DNA of 64,000 nucleotides from Laetmonice hystrix (Eukaryota): NCBI GenBank assembly GCA_965235115.1, contig OZ249451.1, positions 16,616,001 to 16,680,000 of the forward strand, read 5' to 3'. Shown piece by piece: positions 11,437 to 24,896 of this stretch (position 1 is its first letter; each line of letters starts with the position of its first letter). The notes under the pieces were generated by a model. It saw only the letters and a program-made list of their open reading frames with translations, ran no database searches and was not told where the DNA came from. The position numbers and the translations under genes were made by a program.

Positions 11437-11536
11437 AAAAATAAATTCATGAGAATACTTACCCTGAAATTAAAATTTATTCATTTCAGGGAATACGGTA
11501 TCTGTATCATCTGATAAATCTAAAATCAACGTCAGG

Positions 11537-11677
11537 ATGGAATCGATGAAGTTGATTGTATACTATGTGTTCCTGCTGACCCTCTTCTGGGCTTTAACTG
11601 TGCAGGCTGGTTGCTACTTTTGTCAAGAGGATTGGGAATGTGATGGGCCGTCTACCTGCGTAAACGGCCTCTGTACT
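11537..11677 (+). CDS. Small secreted cysteine-rich peptide, main coding exon
   Basis: Acceptor ttcatttcag before 11490; ATG 11537; hydrophobic signal peptide ending VQA; CYFCQEDWECDGPSTCVNGLCT; donor gtaagt at 11678, phase 0. Confidence 0.7.
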
Positions 11678-12488
11678 GTAAGTGCCTATCTCCATGCTTT
11701 CCGTTTTAAAAGGTTTGAAAATGTCAAGGATCTGAATTATTACATTCTTTTGCCTATATATTAGGTTAATGATACATTATCAATAACAGTAATCAAGAAT
11801 CGAGTGCGGCGTATTGTTGATGTCCCTAAACGGAATCTATAAACATAATAAAAATAAGTTTTTCTCACAAAATCCGTATCAGCGCTTAGTGCCAACAATT
11901 AATTAAACTGTCAACAATAAATAGGTAACAAAATAAACAAACAAAATAAACAAACGTAACGTTCCTAACTCAGACTATTTGTTGCTGTGTATATCTCCGT
12001 GAGAACCTGTTGGTGCATGATATTACTGAAATGTGAATGGGGCACAATTCGTAAAATGCCAATTCTAAACATCCTATATATGGGTACCATATATGTGTAC
12101 CTTTATTACCTGTTCGTGACCATTGTTGACTTTCACGGTTACAGAAGGGGGGGTTAAAAAATTATTATTATTATTTAATATTTTTATTTTGCTGTTTTCA
12201 AGAAAGTGCTTTCGGATGTGTTCACATGGTGATGGATGGATGGTGGCATTTTTTGGGTGTAATTACTGTATGGTCTATGATCACGAAACTTTACCATAAT
12301 ACTGTTGAATGACTAGTAATAGTGTACACAATTTCGTGACAAAACGTTAAAAAGAAATACAAACTCTTTGAGACAGAGAAACAGTGAGGCAGTAAACAAG
12401 GAAAACATCCTCTATTACAGCTACATGGACAACGACTATATTTTGATACGTAATTGCATATTTAGTATTTGTTATTATTACTTTCAAG

Positions 12489-12521
12489 TGCGCAAATTGG
12501 AATCCTGGATTTGGACACTAG
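12489..12521 (+). CDS. Candidate final exon of the Cys-rich peptide (CANWNPGFGH*)
   Basis: tttcaag acceptor; phase-0 splice supplies a sixth Cys, completing C-x4-G-x-C-x-C-like spacing. Confidence 0.4.
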   Translation, partial: CANWNPGFGH

Positions 12522-15500
12522 TGGCGACCACGAGGGCGGTATAGCAAGACAAGCGACAGCGTGCAGTCTCTGCAGGTCGTATTGCAACAATAAAGAACAG
12601 GAAGATCAAAATCTTGGAACAACGCCGAGAGAAGAGGGACCCCCGCCCTGCAGTTACAGACATTCCCTGACAGTATACTTGAATGCTTGAATAACCCTTG
12701 TAGGATAAGTTTGTTGCAAAGCCTGAATTACAGAATAGAAGATCATAATTTGATAGTGCCCCCAATCAAAGGACATCGTAACTTACAAAATAACTACTAA
12801 CTTGGACATGAGATTCGGAGGTATACTGCCAACATCATAAAGAACTTTAGAAAGCGCTCTGTGATGTTACAGACCAAACCTGTGATGTTGTTTTTATTCC
12901 AACTAAAGTTCACAATACTGTATTAATAAAGACGATCATGTCTGTATTGCATGCAAGGTGTTGTTGAATGTACAAGGAGAGAAATCAACACAGGCAGTAA
13001 GCAGTTGGCAGAGGCAGCCCACTTATGTTTCTTTTCTATCCATCGCCCGGTTATGGACTCTAGTTTATTTCGCGATCTTTTATCTCCACTAATGACACTT
13101 AGCATGACACTTATAAGTATTCAGAAGGAAAGTAAGATGTAGGTAGAGGACAGCAATACCGGCGAGTTGAAATGTATTCTTTTTAGTTTTATCTATAAAT
13201 AAAAGCTTTTGTGTGCCTTCATTCCTTTTTTGTCCATTTTGTGTGGCTTTGCTTACCAATCCAAGATCCTTTAGCAGTGTTTTGACCCGAGATACCATGT
13301 ACGGTTTTCCACACCAGAACACCTGTAGAAACCAACGTCTCACAGTTCCAGTAATATACTATAAATATGGAGTTTTACCAAATCCAAGCTCCCGTTATCT
13401 TGTGTGGGATTAGGCCTACAGTACGCGGATCCAATTTTACTTTTTATTTCTTTTAAAATACATGTAGTTTCCTGAATTAAAGGTCCATCCGAATGTATTA
13501 TAACGAAGAGATATAACATACCTTTCACCCCTAGCCATATCACGTATAAAGATGATCAGCATGCACTCGCCCGTGTGTGAGAAAACTGAAATAGTAGGAT
13601 TCCGATATAGGACTCTACCGCCCGCATTGTTTACATTTCGAAACAGCGCGCCGTTGGTAATGACGTCCTCGATTTCCCACTATTCAAACTACGGCCGCCT
13701 GGATGCCTAAATGCAACCGTGAGGGAAGGCGTGCTACGCACTTCCTGTGGCCTGTGGTTTGGTGCCTGGGGCCTGGGCCTGGGGCCTGGGCCTGGGACCT
13801 GGGGCCTGGAGCCATTCTACAGAGTAACTATCCGCCTTCTGCTGAAAAACAAGTGTTGATTTAATCGCCTTTCTACACACGCCGATGTCGCACGCAAGGC
13901 CAATATGATGAGGCGTGCATAGGAGAGGATTTACCTTTTGAATGGCGTTTGTTGACAAGATGTCCCAAACATGACCTGAAGCTGGTCTGAATGAATTTGC
14001 AAAGATGCAGGTAGCTATATCGAAAATAGTTGGCATTTTTCTAACATAAGATGCGATTGGATTCCTTTAACCTTGGCCGGACGTGCAGCATAACAATTCA
14101 ATCAAGAACATTTGTGGAGATATTGGGTGGAAACAGCCTTGGAAAAAATAAAAGAAACATCTTAACTGTTTTTTCATATGCACAACTAATGAGCTCCCCT
14201 CCTGTAAATGGAAAATTTGCCGATAGAAGGATTTATAAACAGGCCAACGACATTTTGCTGTCGTTGAGAAAAGTGTTAATGCCACCTAGCGGATCCGTCA
14301 GACACTAGTTTCAGCAGAGCTCCCTCCAGCATAACAACTTAACGGTATGTGCACAAACTTGGGAAAATAATCCTAGTTACCCACGATTAATTGTATATTG
14401 ATGAAATTATATACATAGACTTGCCGGGAAATGCCTCAATAAAATTAAGAAGGTCCACTTGCTGCGAAAAGACGCTAAAAATTTTTAAGCAGGCATACGA
14501 AATTATATCCACCAACCCAAAAATGAAACCAACATTTAATTTTTAGTCATTATGTCAATAAATTATTATTATACGTTGGTACAATTACATTTTCCGATAG
14601 TGACCCCCAATCTTGATGAAAACAGAAGCTCACTCCACCTCATTCAGTCATCAGAGCAGTAGTGACCGAGAAAAAAAATCTGACTCCAATAAATGCAGTG
14701 GTCAACGAGCCTTAACCAAATGTGGCGCAAGCTACAGGCTTTTTTTAAAAAATTGTACTATACAGAGTCATTAACTTCACAATAAAATTGTAAGAAGTGT
14801 AACATTTGCAGTGTCAGATACGATCATTTGTAGTTCCAGGATATACCACCAGGTGGCACCAATGACTTTCCAAGCTGACGTGCTGTAAGGGAAATAGTAC
14901 CCTTCGGTTAGTTACATCAACCCAACTATTATTGGGGTATTTATATACATTCTAGGATAGATATTAATATTGTGTTTTATTATGTATGTTGGCGTCAATA
15001 TTTCACCATTAATTTATTAACTATAATAGTATAAAGTGTTATTAAGTATTATTATGTGAATATAACAACTATTTTATGTTTCATTATACTTTACAATATA
15101 TTTGGTAGATAATTATTAGGTGATAATATTTTATCCTCATCATCTAGAGACAGTGAGAGTTCCCTAAGTGCTTTCCACCGTCACCCCATAAATGTCTATG
15201 ATATAAGCGTTGATAAGGAGAGGAAGATACAGCTACTTGTGTAATGCAATATTATTAGTGATCCCATGTCTGATAAAGTAATACGGAAATATACCTACCT
15301 GAAGGTCCCGTATCCCATGAGGCCGTATACCATATAGTTATTTCTACTTTTTGATGAAGTTTTATTCGGACCGCTTTGGCTCTTTTGACGCCCCGCGCGT
15401 CCGTCACCGTCAATGGACCGGTCTTTCTGGAACAAACGACAATACGTTTCGAGTCTACATTCACACCTGGCGAATTGTGGGGGAATCGATTGGTAATACT

Positions 15501-15559
15501 CAGACACCACACACAATAACGGAGAACAAACAGGGGTAGGAACAGACCCGAGATTTCCT

Positions 15560-15915
15560 AGTGCACATGAGCGCCCGTGTAACCCATCAGGAGTTAACCC
15601 AGATCCAACGGGCGGCGTTCAAACACATCACCAACATAAAATGTAAACAAAACTTGGCCACTGGAGGCCTTCAGGTTGCTAATGGCGCACGCTCAGCGGC
15701 GACACATCCTGCAGCGACACATCACCTCAGAACGAAAACTACTGAATGCCAAATTTGCAGCTTCCAACAGTCTCGAGAACGAGTGCCAAGGATATTAGTT
15801 TCTATTTTGATAAAATTGAGAGCTTGCCCCGGATTTACGAATGGCCTAATGACCATACACTGGCGATAGCGCTGCATGGCTTCAAAGGTATGACGGCGGA
15901 TTGGATGCATGTTCA
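15560..15915 (+). pseudogene. Decayed Gypsy gag fragment related to the element at 17-26 kb
   Basis: LQLPTV...YFDKIESLPRIYEWPNDHTLAIALHGFKGMTADWM aligns with LHLPTF...YFDETESLARIYGWPNDHTLAMALHGLKGRAADWM. Confidence 0.8.
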
Positions 15916-15918
15916 GAA

Positions 15919-16023
15919 GGGTGTTTCAATGAGCGCGTCGCCATCCTACTAGCGAAGTTGTAGGGCCTGCAATTTTTGGTCCGTCGCCAGTAGGATGGTC
16001 CGACGCGCTTATTGAAACACCCC
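15919..16023. mobile_element. 105-bp palindromic MITE truncating the gag fragment
   Basis: gggtgtttcaatgagcgcgtcg-ccatcctact ... agtaggatggtccgacgcgcttattgaaacaccc. Confidence 0.75.
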
Positions 16024-17227
16024 CTTGAGGATGGGGCGTTTCGGGAGGTATATATCACATTTAAGGTACCTAAGATGGTAAGAGCGTTTCTAGGTCTGTG
16101 TTCATATTATCCAACATTCGTTCCACGGTTTGGGAACAGGGCTTTACCAGTGTATACAGTATATATGCTCTCCTGAAGAAGGGAGTGAAGTTTCACTGGA
16201 AGGCAGAATAAGTCGTGGGTGTGACGGTCGAACTTTCACCCTGAGATGGACACGGATGAATATATAGAATAGGACCACCATGAACGGTTTAAGCAATAGA
16301 CAAAAGACTGAGCAACATACACATTCGTGCTACATTCAAAAACAGAAAACCGGAAACTCACCTACGTGGGCCACAGCAGGTCAAGGATGGAAGTGAAGTC
16401 GGCATGCTCGGTTGTCAGGCTGTGGATGCTGGGAAGTCGAAGGCTCCGGGGCCGGCGGGAAAGCCATGGGCGCCGAGGGCCCGTCAGGAGAAGGGTCAGT
16501 CATCTTGGCCTGGTCCAGGGCAGAGGAGCTGAGGACGCCGAGGAGCCCACGGGGACGGCGGCCTGGCGCCAGCTAGCATCCGGCGGCGGGTAGTACACAG
16601 GTAGATGCAACCGTTATAGAGGGTCTTCCGGGGGAAGTCGCAGTGTATACTGACTCAAAACTTATTGTCAAATTTTCGGATCATGATTGGCAGGACTGTC
16701 ATGGGGATACACTATGGGTCTGTCCGACTATATTACATCTTCAGTATATGACAGCAGATAACTGTATCACGGCATTGTACAGAAATCTCCCAGATCTGGT
16801 CAACAAATTGTACTATACATCATATGTGATGGCGGCTTCGTTTTCTGACAAATTTCTGCGTGTTGGGGACGGAAATGTGGTTATCAGGACAAACGGCGGA
16901 GGATACGTGCAGGCAGGAGGCGCCTAAACTGATAAAGGTAGCGCAGCTGGCTCTAGTTGGCCTCAGCTGTGATTGCGAACTCAGCACAACATCAGCACGG
17001 ATTCCTCATTAGCTGGCAATCTATCGGAAGATGGTCCGTGAAATAACGGTACAGTACCCAATTAACACGCTCTTAATGGACCTTCTTAATATCCCGAGGG
17101 ATGAGTCCACAGATGGTGGACTTATTCAGGACCCGTAGCAGATCCAGGATCCGATTCCCATGCAGGACCCAGAGTTCAATAAATTGTTGTTTTATCCTGT
17201 GCACATTCGTATCTTCCCATCTGGCTT

Positions 17228-18221
17228 TGTGTTGGCACACAGATATAGCAAAACGGGGAGATAGGGGTAGAATAGCGTATAAGAGGGGTCAACAGGTGCA
17301 GGCCGGGCGAGAAGGAAAAACAACGATGGAGGAAGGCAGAGGTGACGTGAGGACAACGGCGGGTACCAACTAATTTGCATATAGGGAAACTTGACCGGAT
17401 GGGGCCGATATAAAACCCAAGGCGGCAGGACGAGAGGTGCGCGTTGGATTTGGGAGGTCGGAGTAGCCACTAGGGTTATTCTCTTTACTATGGATTTATC
17501 ATCATAAGGATTACCATCTACATGACTTGGAGTACAAAATTATTATCGCTTAAGCTAAGGAAGTATACAGGGAAGTTGTTTTCGGGACTACATTCAAGGA
17601 TTTACCCTCTACAGGACTCGGAAGTATAATTCACATGGATTAAGCTACTGAAATCGGGACTTATCACTCGGACACATCTTAAGGATTTACCAGCTACATG
17701 AATCGGAATATGCCTCGCCAGGATTGATTTACTCAAGCATGGAAGTTGTTAACCGGCCGAGCACGCTATTAAGGAATTGTTAACTACATGGATTAATCAT
17801 TTGGACTTCGGGACTTTATCATTCGGGAATACGGCAATCGTACGGACTTATGGTTATCCATATTCATTTCTGGACTTAAGTAAACGTTATTTTAATTCAC
17901 TTCGGAATGGACTGATGTTACTGGTTTACTCTGTAACAGCCGCCATGCATGACCCTTCTACATACGGGTTCTATTCGCTGTGACGCATCTCACCCATCCA
18001 CATTGTCTATATGCACTGGAGATTTGATATAATAAAGCTTCGTCAACTGTCAAGCGGACTTATGATTGTGTCGGGGAAGGGTATTCGTGGTACCTTCAAG
18101 TTAGGACTAAGTGAGTTCGCTCTACCGATCTAAGCTCCCCAAATCTCAGACGGTAGTCTATATTCAACACACAAACGTTTGAACCCCAAGTAAAGACTCG
18201 TAAGAAACCCCCCCCAACACA
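17228..18221 (+). repeat. 5' LTR (994 bp)
   Basis: TGTGTTGG...CCAACACA terminal inverted repeat; near-identical to 25664-26662. Confidence 0.93.
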
Positions 18222-18223
18222 TC

Positions 18224-18232
18224 TGGTGGAGG
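18224..18232 (+). promoter_or_regulatory. Primer-binding site, probably tRNA-Ala
   Basis: TGGTGGAGG two bases after the LTR; complementary to the ...CUCCACCA 3' end typical of tRNA-Ala. Confidence 0.5.
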
Positions 18233-18500
18233 ACACAAACTTTGGACATACCATGGAAGTTACCGATTGTGGATACACGTGCAAGACACGGACTTTGAGT
18301 GGATACAGTGGAACACTATAGTGGAGGTGAGATGCTGGACTGAGACGGCGTACCCCTAATTAAGCCATGAGGAGTGAGATGATTCCTTGAAATCTAGAGA
18401 ATCGACACAACAGCCCATGTAAAGTTTATATATTTATTTTGTTCCAAGTCACGGCGGGTCACAGATGTCATAGGCGCCTCCTCGCGGTGATCTCCTCCGG

Positions 18501-19994
18501 ATGCGCTCGTCTTTCTGGAACACAAGACAACTTCGGTCAAAACCTGAATTTACACAGGTAGAATTACATGACAATCAACTTGTAGTGAATACAGCAGCGG
18601 GCCATAGGTCGGCCGCCCAGGATCAAAAGTTAAGGTCTACAAGTGTTGGTGCAACAGGTGGGGTTGGCTCCCAATCTACAGTTGACCTCCCGTCCACGCG
18701 CCGAGCCGGCCCCCCTGCACCACCGAGCCGCCCCCCCACGGGTCAAGACACGGCCACAGCGACGAGCGATGGACCCGCTACCAGGCCAGCAGCCTCAGGA
18801 GCATCCGCAACCCGATCCGCCTCAACAACAACCACCTCAACAACAACTGCCAGCCGGCCCGCCTGAGCAGGACCCGCCACCAGCCCCGCCCCCACACCAG
18901 GACCCACCGGCCGGGCAGGCTCCGCCGCCGGGGCAAATCGCCATGCAGCCTCCGCCGCAGCCGGGACCCCCGCCCCATGGAGGGATGGAGGGATGGAGGC
19001 CGGCGCCGGGGCAGCGAACCAAGCCGATGGGCCGGTGAGGGATGTGGAGAATGATGGCAGCTCGGTGACGGCGACACACACGCCGCAGTATAGACTCCCC
19101 ACATTGCATCTGCCGACGTTCTCAGGGAAGGGGGATGAGTCGGTACGTAATTATTTTGATGAAACGGAAAGCTTGGCCCGTATTTATGGTTGGCCTAATG
19201 ACCATACGCTGGCAATGGCATTACACGGTTTGAAGGGTCGCGCGGCGGACTGGATGAGAGCGTTAGATGTGGAGACTCGGTCGACGTATACGACATTTAA
19301 GGAGCGCATGGTGGAAATCTTTGATGACAAGAGGCCGTTATGGCAGAAACATAGAGACCTATTTGGACTTAAACAACAGAAAGCGCAAACAGCATTAGAA
19401 TTTGCGGGACAACTGCGGCAAAAGCAGGGACAGTATGAGGTATCGGATGGAGTTATTATGTCATTGTTTATCGGGGGATTGGAGCCGTCGTTGAGCCGCC
19501 TGTTAGCGGTACAGAACCCTGCCAATTTTACGGAGGCAGTCGAGACGGCATCGAGGTTGGAGTCAGTGCATGGAGCACATAAGGAATGCGCTTACGTGGA
19601 CAAGTCCCCACTATCGGGCTATGAGGAAATAATAGCAGCGCTGGATCGCATAGAGAAGGGACAGAGGCAGCCGGCCAGACCCCCCGCCCCCCGCCAGGGA
19701 GGGGGCGACCAAGCACCTAGCCGTCAACATTGGGGGCCGCAGAATCAAAGACAGTGGAGGGGCCGTTATGACAGTGGACAGCACCAGCAGCGGGGCGAGG
19801 ATGGGAGACAGTTCTGTCATCACCATCAAATGTTTGGACACTCAGACGAGAATTGCCGCTGGTTGAACCGGTTCAGGGAGGACGGACACGGCCGGGCCGG
19901 CCAACGCCCACGGACGGGAATGCCGCCAAGCCAGGGTCGTGACAGTGATCAGGGAAACGGATCAGGCGTCCCTCGACAGGCCATAAGGCACTAG
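18501..19994 (+). CDS. Gypsy gag (open core 18993-19994; Pro/Gln-rich N-terminus broken across frames)
   Basis: Capsid-like LPTFSGKGDESVRNYF...ALHGLKGRAADW; C-terminal CHHHQMFGHSDENC knuckle; RQLRSxPE motif at 18501 also seen at 29399-29968. Confidence 0.85.
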
Positions 19995-20015
19995 GGCTCT
20001 GTCAGAGGGACGGGA
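19952..20015 (+). promoter_or_regulatory. -1 programmed ribosomal frameshift signal (gag to pro-pol)
   Basis: G GGA AAC 19952-19958 in gag phase; stem cgtccctcgacag / ctgtcagagggacg begins 8 nt later; the -1 frame is open into the protease ORF. Confidence 0.8.
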
Positions 20016-20026
20016 AGTCAGTAATT

Positions 20027-23000
20027 ATGCCTTTTCAAAAACAAATAGCACTCCCACCCCTTCTACCTATAGACATTGCATTGGAGAGGGTGTATGCAGC
20101 TATGGACACGGGTGCCAGTCATTCATATGTTTCAGCTCAATTTATGACACGGATGCCGAGTAACATTATAACAGATACTAAATCAGTGAGTGACAGTGTG
20201 ACACTGGCAGACGGCAGCAGGATTACGGCCACCACAGTATGCTCTCTGAAGTTTGCAATTGGACATTTGCATCTATCTTTTGAATTCACGATAATACCTG
20301 GCCTGACACAAGATGTCATCATCGGCAGGGACTTTCTGGTTGCTACTAGGGCCACTATAGACTTCGATATCGGACAAGTTGTGCTGTGGGATTGTGTTAC
20401 AGTACATGTAGGCAATGATGTTCATTTGCCACCATTTTCGGAAGTGGCTGTGTGTTGTAACCTATCAAGGACTGTTCCTGATGGGACCGACGTATTAATT
20501 TGTCCTGCGGGGACCGGACCGGAGGCTGTGCTCACCGGTAAGTCACTGAATACGGTGTCAGACAATAGTGTGTGTGTTACAATGATTAACGCCACAGATG
20601 GAGTGCTCACCGTCACCCCGGATTACGTGATAGCGTGGGTGGATGAGGATGGCAGAGGAGAGTGGCCGCCATATCGATGGGCGTCAATTACTGGCAATGG
20701 ACTCTCAGGTTACAGGTCAGGGCAATATTGACTTTGACTTGTCGCAGTGCGATATAACGGAGGAGCAGAAGGAGGAATTTCGGGGCATGCTACAAAGGAA
20801 TAGAGCAGCGTTTGCAGCAACACTTCAGGAATTGGGCTCGTGTTCATTGGCGCCCATGTCAATTGAGATTGAGGACGGGGCTCGTCCGGTGCAGTCGGCA
20901 CCGTACAGATACGGGCCAAAACAAGTCACACGTCTGAATGATAGGATTGAGGAGTTATTAGAGATGGGGATACTGGAGCCATCTGAGAGCATGTGGCGGA
21001 GTCCACTGGTCGTTGTGAAGAAGCCAGACGGTGACATCAGACTGTGTACCGATTTTCGTGCTTTAAATGCAATAACTAAGAAAAACAAGTTCCCCATGCC
21101 GATAGCACGATCTTTGTTTTTGTTAATTGCAGCAAAGAAACCGGTTATATATAGCTGAATGGACTTGAGACAAGGATTTTTTCAGTGTGAAATTGACGAA
21201 ACTTCAAGAAAATATACAGCGTTCGAGGCACCAGTTCATGGCGTCTTACAGTACAGGAAAATTCCGATGGGACTAGCTGGCGCCCCATGGGCATTCTCAA
21301 AAGTGATGTCTCTCGCGCTACGGGGACTGGTGCCGAAAATATGTTGCTCATATTCGGACGATATAATTTCAATGGATGCAGGCTTTGCCGAACATGCGAG
21401 GAACATCGACCTGGTTCTGCAGGCGCTCATACGGGCAGGATTACGACTGAAGCCAAAGAAGTGTGAGTGGTGCAGGACAGAGATTGATTTCTTGGGATAC
21501 AGGCTCTCAAAGGATGGGATATCGGCCCAGTCACGGATATTAGATAAAGTGGATCATTTTGGACAGCCACACAACGTTAGGACGGTGCGGGCCTTCTTAG
21601 GCCTGTGTTCCTATTACAGGACATTCATACCGAGATTTCCGGACATAGCAGCCCCACTGTACGCATTATTGAAGGCCGGTGTCAAGTTTCAGTGGACAGA
21701 CAAGGAACAGTCAGCGTTTGACACAATGAAGGCAGCGTTGGTGTCGCCACCCCTGCTGATACACCCAAATTTTGAGGAGACGTTTTACCTACTGACGGAC
21801 AGTAGTGACAAGGCATGTGCTGCGGCGTTATGTCACCGCCTGGATGGGATATATCGGCCGATTGCCTTTTGGGGGATTACGATGAACAAAGCTGAAGAAA
21901 ACTACACGGTAACAGAAAAGGAAGCGCTCTCCGTTATACGAGGCATTAAACATTTTGAGGACGTGGTGGAAGACGCACACGTGGTCGTGGTGACTGATCA
22001 TAAGCCACTCATTACGTTGTTGAGTACAGCCAGCAAGGCGCCGTCAGCGCGTCTCAGACGGTGGGCTCTGTATTTAGAGGCATTTGACATTGATTTTGTA
22101 CATGAGAGTGGGAAGCGACATTACCTGGCGGACTACCTTTCTAGGGTTCAGTGCACGGAACCGCCGATTAACGAATGTCTCCCTTCAGTCGGGACAGAAA
22201 TGATGGAAGAAGAAAAGGAAATTTGCAATACTCGGAGTGAGCGTTCCCGGTGTCTGCCTACTGCTACAATGAAGAACAGTCCACAAGCCGCCCGTCCGTC
22301 AACGGGGCGCAGGAGCCGCAAATATTGAGAACAGCCCACAAGCCGCCTGTCAACGGGGCGCAGGAGCCGCAAGTATAAAGAACAGTCCACAAGCCGCCTG
22401 TCAACGGGGCGCAGGAGCTGCAAGTATTGAGAACGGTCCACAAGCCGCCTGTAAACGGGGCGCAGGAGCCGCAAGTATAAAGAACAGTCCACAAGCCGCC
22501 TGTCAACGGGGCGCAGGAGCTGCAAGTATTGAGAACGGTCCACAAGCCGCCTGTCAACGGGGCGCAGGAGCCGCAAGTGTTGAGAACGGTCCACAAGCCG
22601 CCTGTCAACGGGGCGCAGGAGCTGCGAGAGTTGAGTACGGTCCACAAGCCGCCTGTCAACGAGGCGCCGGAACCACGAGAACAGAGCGCAGCACAGCAAA
22701 CACGACAGTAGACGAGCAGGTAGAGGCAAGAACGGACACACGGGAACAGCCCAACGGACGGACCCATCAGCTGATGGCCACAGCTATGGATCGGTCTTTG
22801 GGCCAGACACCTGATGAGCTTAACATTGAGTCGATCATCAAAGCTCAGCAGGAGGACCGAGAATGCTCACAATTAATTTCGTATATTGAGTCGGGAGTGA
22901 TACCGGAAGATAAGACGGATGCGGCAAGGATTATGCTCAAAGCCGATTTCATGGATGTTATTTCGCCAGGCGTTCTGTGTCACTATCCACATATAACAGG

Positions 23001-24297
23001 CAGTAACAAACGTTACGTCAAAATTCAGCCAAGGATTGTTGTACCACCTCCGCTCAGAGATTTTGTGCTTTATCTCATACACAATGACATTTTGGCCGGC
23101 GGACATCTCGGACGCGAGGCTGTTAAAAGGAAAGTTGCCGACAAATTTTATTGGGCAGGGATGATCGCGGACATTAGCCGGTATGTTAACCAATGTAACA
23201 CGTGCGCATTGCGCAAACGATCACCACACCCACAGGCTCCAGCGAAGTCGTGGGATACGCCGGATTACCCATTTCAATGTGTCCAGACGGACTTCATAGG
23301 ACCGCTGAAGCAGGCGGGAGATAAGCGGTACATACTGACCTTTATTTGCTTGTTGACAGGCTGGCCAGAGGCTTTCGCTACGGAGGACCAGACAGCCAGG
23401 ACTGTAGCTGATATATTTATATCGCAAATCGTCTGCCGATACAGGCGAGTGGAAAGACTACACAGTGATAGGGGGCCATCGTTTTTGATTAAGCTCCTGA
23501 GAAATGTTACGGGACGACTTGGATGCCGACAGTCGTTTACCACGGGGTACAGACCGGAGGGCAATGCCAGGGTCGAGAGGCTACACCGCTCACTGGAGGA
23601 CATCATCGCCTGCTATGTTGATGACGATCACACAATGTGGCCTGATCTACTGCCAGTGGCATTGTGGACAGTTAGGTCGGCAATAAATGCAGGCACGTCG
23701 TTTTCGCCTTACACACTGCTCCTAGGCAGGGACCCGCTCCCCATGACCCTGCCATCGCTGGGGCAAGAGCCGGGCCCACGAGGGGAGGGCGATAACGAGC
23801 ACTTCGCGGACCTGCAGGGTCGGATTACGGTCATGCGGGAGATGGCGTTGGAAGTGACGACGGCGTATGAAAGTGACATGAGAAATCAAATAGATGAAAA
23901 GGCTCGACCGGCGAGCATTGCTGTCGGTGATTTGGTCTACCTGTGGAACCCTACGTGTGTGGCAAATAGGGTGTCAAAATTCAGCCCCCGATACACGGGG
24001 CCGTATCGAGTAGTGGACAAAAGGGACGATCACATGCTAAAATTACAGTCGCTGTCAACTGGTGTGGTGTTGGAGCATTACTATAATGTGAATAAGGTGA
24101 AACGGGCTCATCTGTCGTGGGCACCAGCGCTGGGGGATCCGGCAGGTATCAAAATGCGGGACAGTAAAAATCAAGAAGGCTCAAGTGAGCAAAGTAATGA
24201 GGCCAGGCCTAAAGAGTCAGCAGGTCGAGTAGAGGGCTCAAATCGAACCAAACACAAGCAGACGTCAAAGACAACAAAGTCACCAGGAAGAATCTGA
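20027..24297 (+). pseudogene. Gypsy pol (protease, RT, RNase H, integrase) with three lesions
   Basis: AMDTGAS protease; LCTDFRALN, DLRQGF, SYSDD RT; TDSSDKA, TEKEAL, TDHKPL RNase H; H..GGH..C..C, TDFIG, HSDRG, N..VER integrase. Frameshift near 20640, in-frame TGA 21156-21158, 4-bp duplication near 22290. Confidence 0.93.
22268..22670 (+). repeat. 57-bp minisatellite (~7 copies) in the RNase H-integrase linker
   Basis: Unit aacagtccacaagccgcctgtcaacggggcgcaggagccgcaagtat.gag; encodes NSPQAACQRGAGAASIE/K in the integrase frame. Confidence 0.95.
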
Positions 24298-24449
24298 AGG
24301 GCGGCGACGTCTCCTACCTAGTCAAATGGACGGGAGGACATGGACAGTCATGGGTGAGGCGGAAGGATTTTCACCCACAATTCGACCCAGATAGTGATTT
24401 ACAATAAAACACACAACATGTTCAAGGATGATAAAGTGGATGTACTTAC

Positions 24450-24896
24450 TTACTGAGGCTGTGGGTCCCATGTTGCGGGGACTCCAGCGGCAAGCAAGTC
24501 TGCGTAATTCAGTTCGCTGGTGTAGGTAGGGGAAGCAGCAGCGGGGCCGTTTTCCCGGCGGGGTCCTCCAGTGGCCTCGGGGTGCACGGAAGCTGCTGGA
24601 GACACGGCCTCGTACGCCAGTTGAGGGTTCCGACCTGGGGCGGTGGCCGCAGGCGGGGAAGGCGGCCGCGTGGGCCGTCCACGACCGGCAGGAAGCCGGG
24701 GCACGCTGCGCAGTAGGGCGCTCATCTCCGGACCCGCCGGAATCGTGATATGACACGGGAGTTCTCCGGGAAGGGGAGTCGACCAAATAGTGACAAAACT
24801 GGACTCGGCGGGGACGCCGACAAAAGAAAACCACAATCCCTGTGGAGGAGGGCAGCCGATGTCGGGAATACTACGTTCGGCACCAGCCATGGTCAA
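24450..24896 (-). CDS. Antisense ORF in the Gypsy 3' region, unknown function
   Basis: 148-aa ORF (frame open further upstream); weak similarity to 31422-31736 and 52373-52851. Confidence 0.3.
   Translation of the reverse strand: MTMAGAERSIPDIGCPPPQGLWFSFVGVPAESSFVTIWSTPLPGELPCHITIPAGPEMSALLRSVPRLPAGRGRPTRPPSPPAATAPGRNPQLAYEAVSPAASVHPEATGGPRRENGPAAASPTYTSELNYADLLAAGVPATWDPQPQ

Noticed and set aside
5845-14860. CTCF-like motifs (ccaccagatggcag ~5847, ggcagatggcgc ~8993, ccaccaggtggcac ~14846)
   Set aside because: Isolated short matches, some inside transposon remnants; function cannot be supported from sequence.
7000-16000. Numerous 60-105 aa ORFs in the ORF track
   Set aside because: No recognisable motifs or supporting splice structure; expected by chance (except the peptide gene and gag remnant).
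21156-21158. Programmed stop-codon readthrough in pol
   Set aside because: The TGA lies inside the RT domain just before the DL motif; a nonsense mutation or sequencing error is simpler.
22148-22767. Minus-strand repeat-protein ORFs
   Set aside because: Shadows of the stop-free 57-bp minisatellite.
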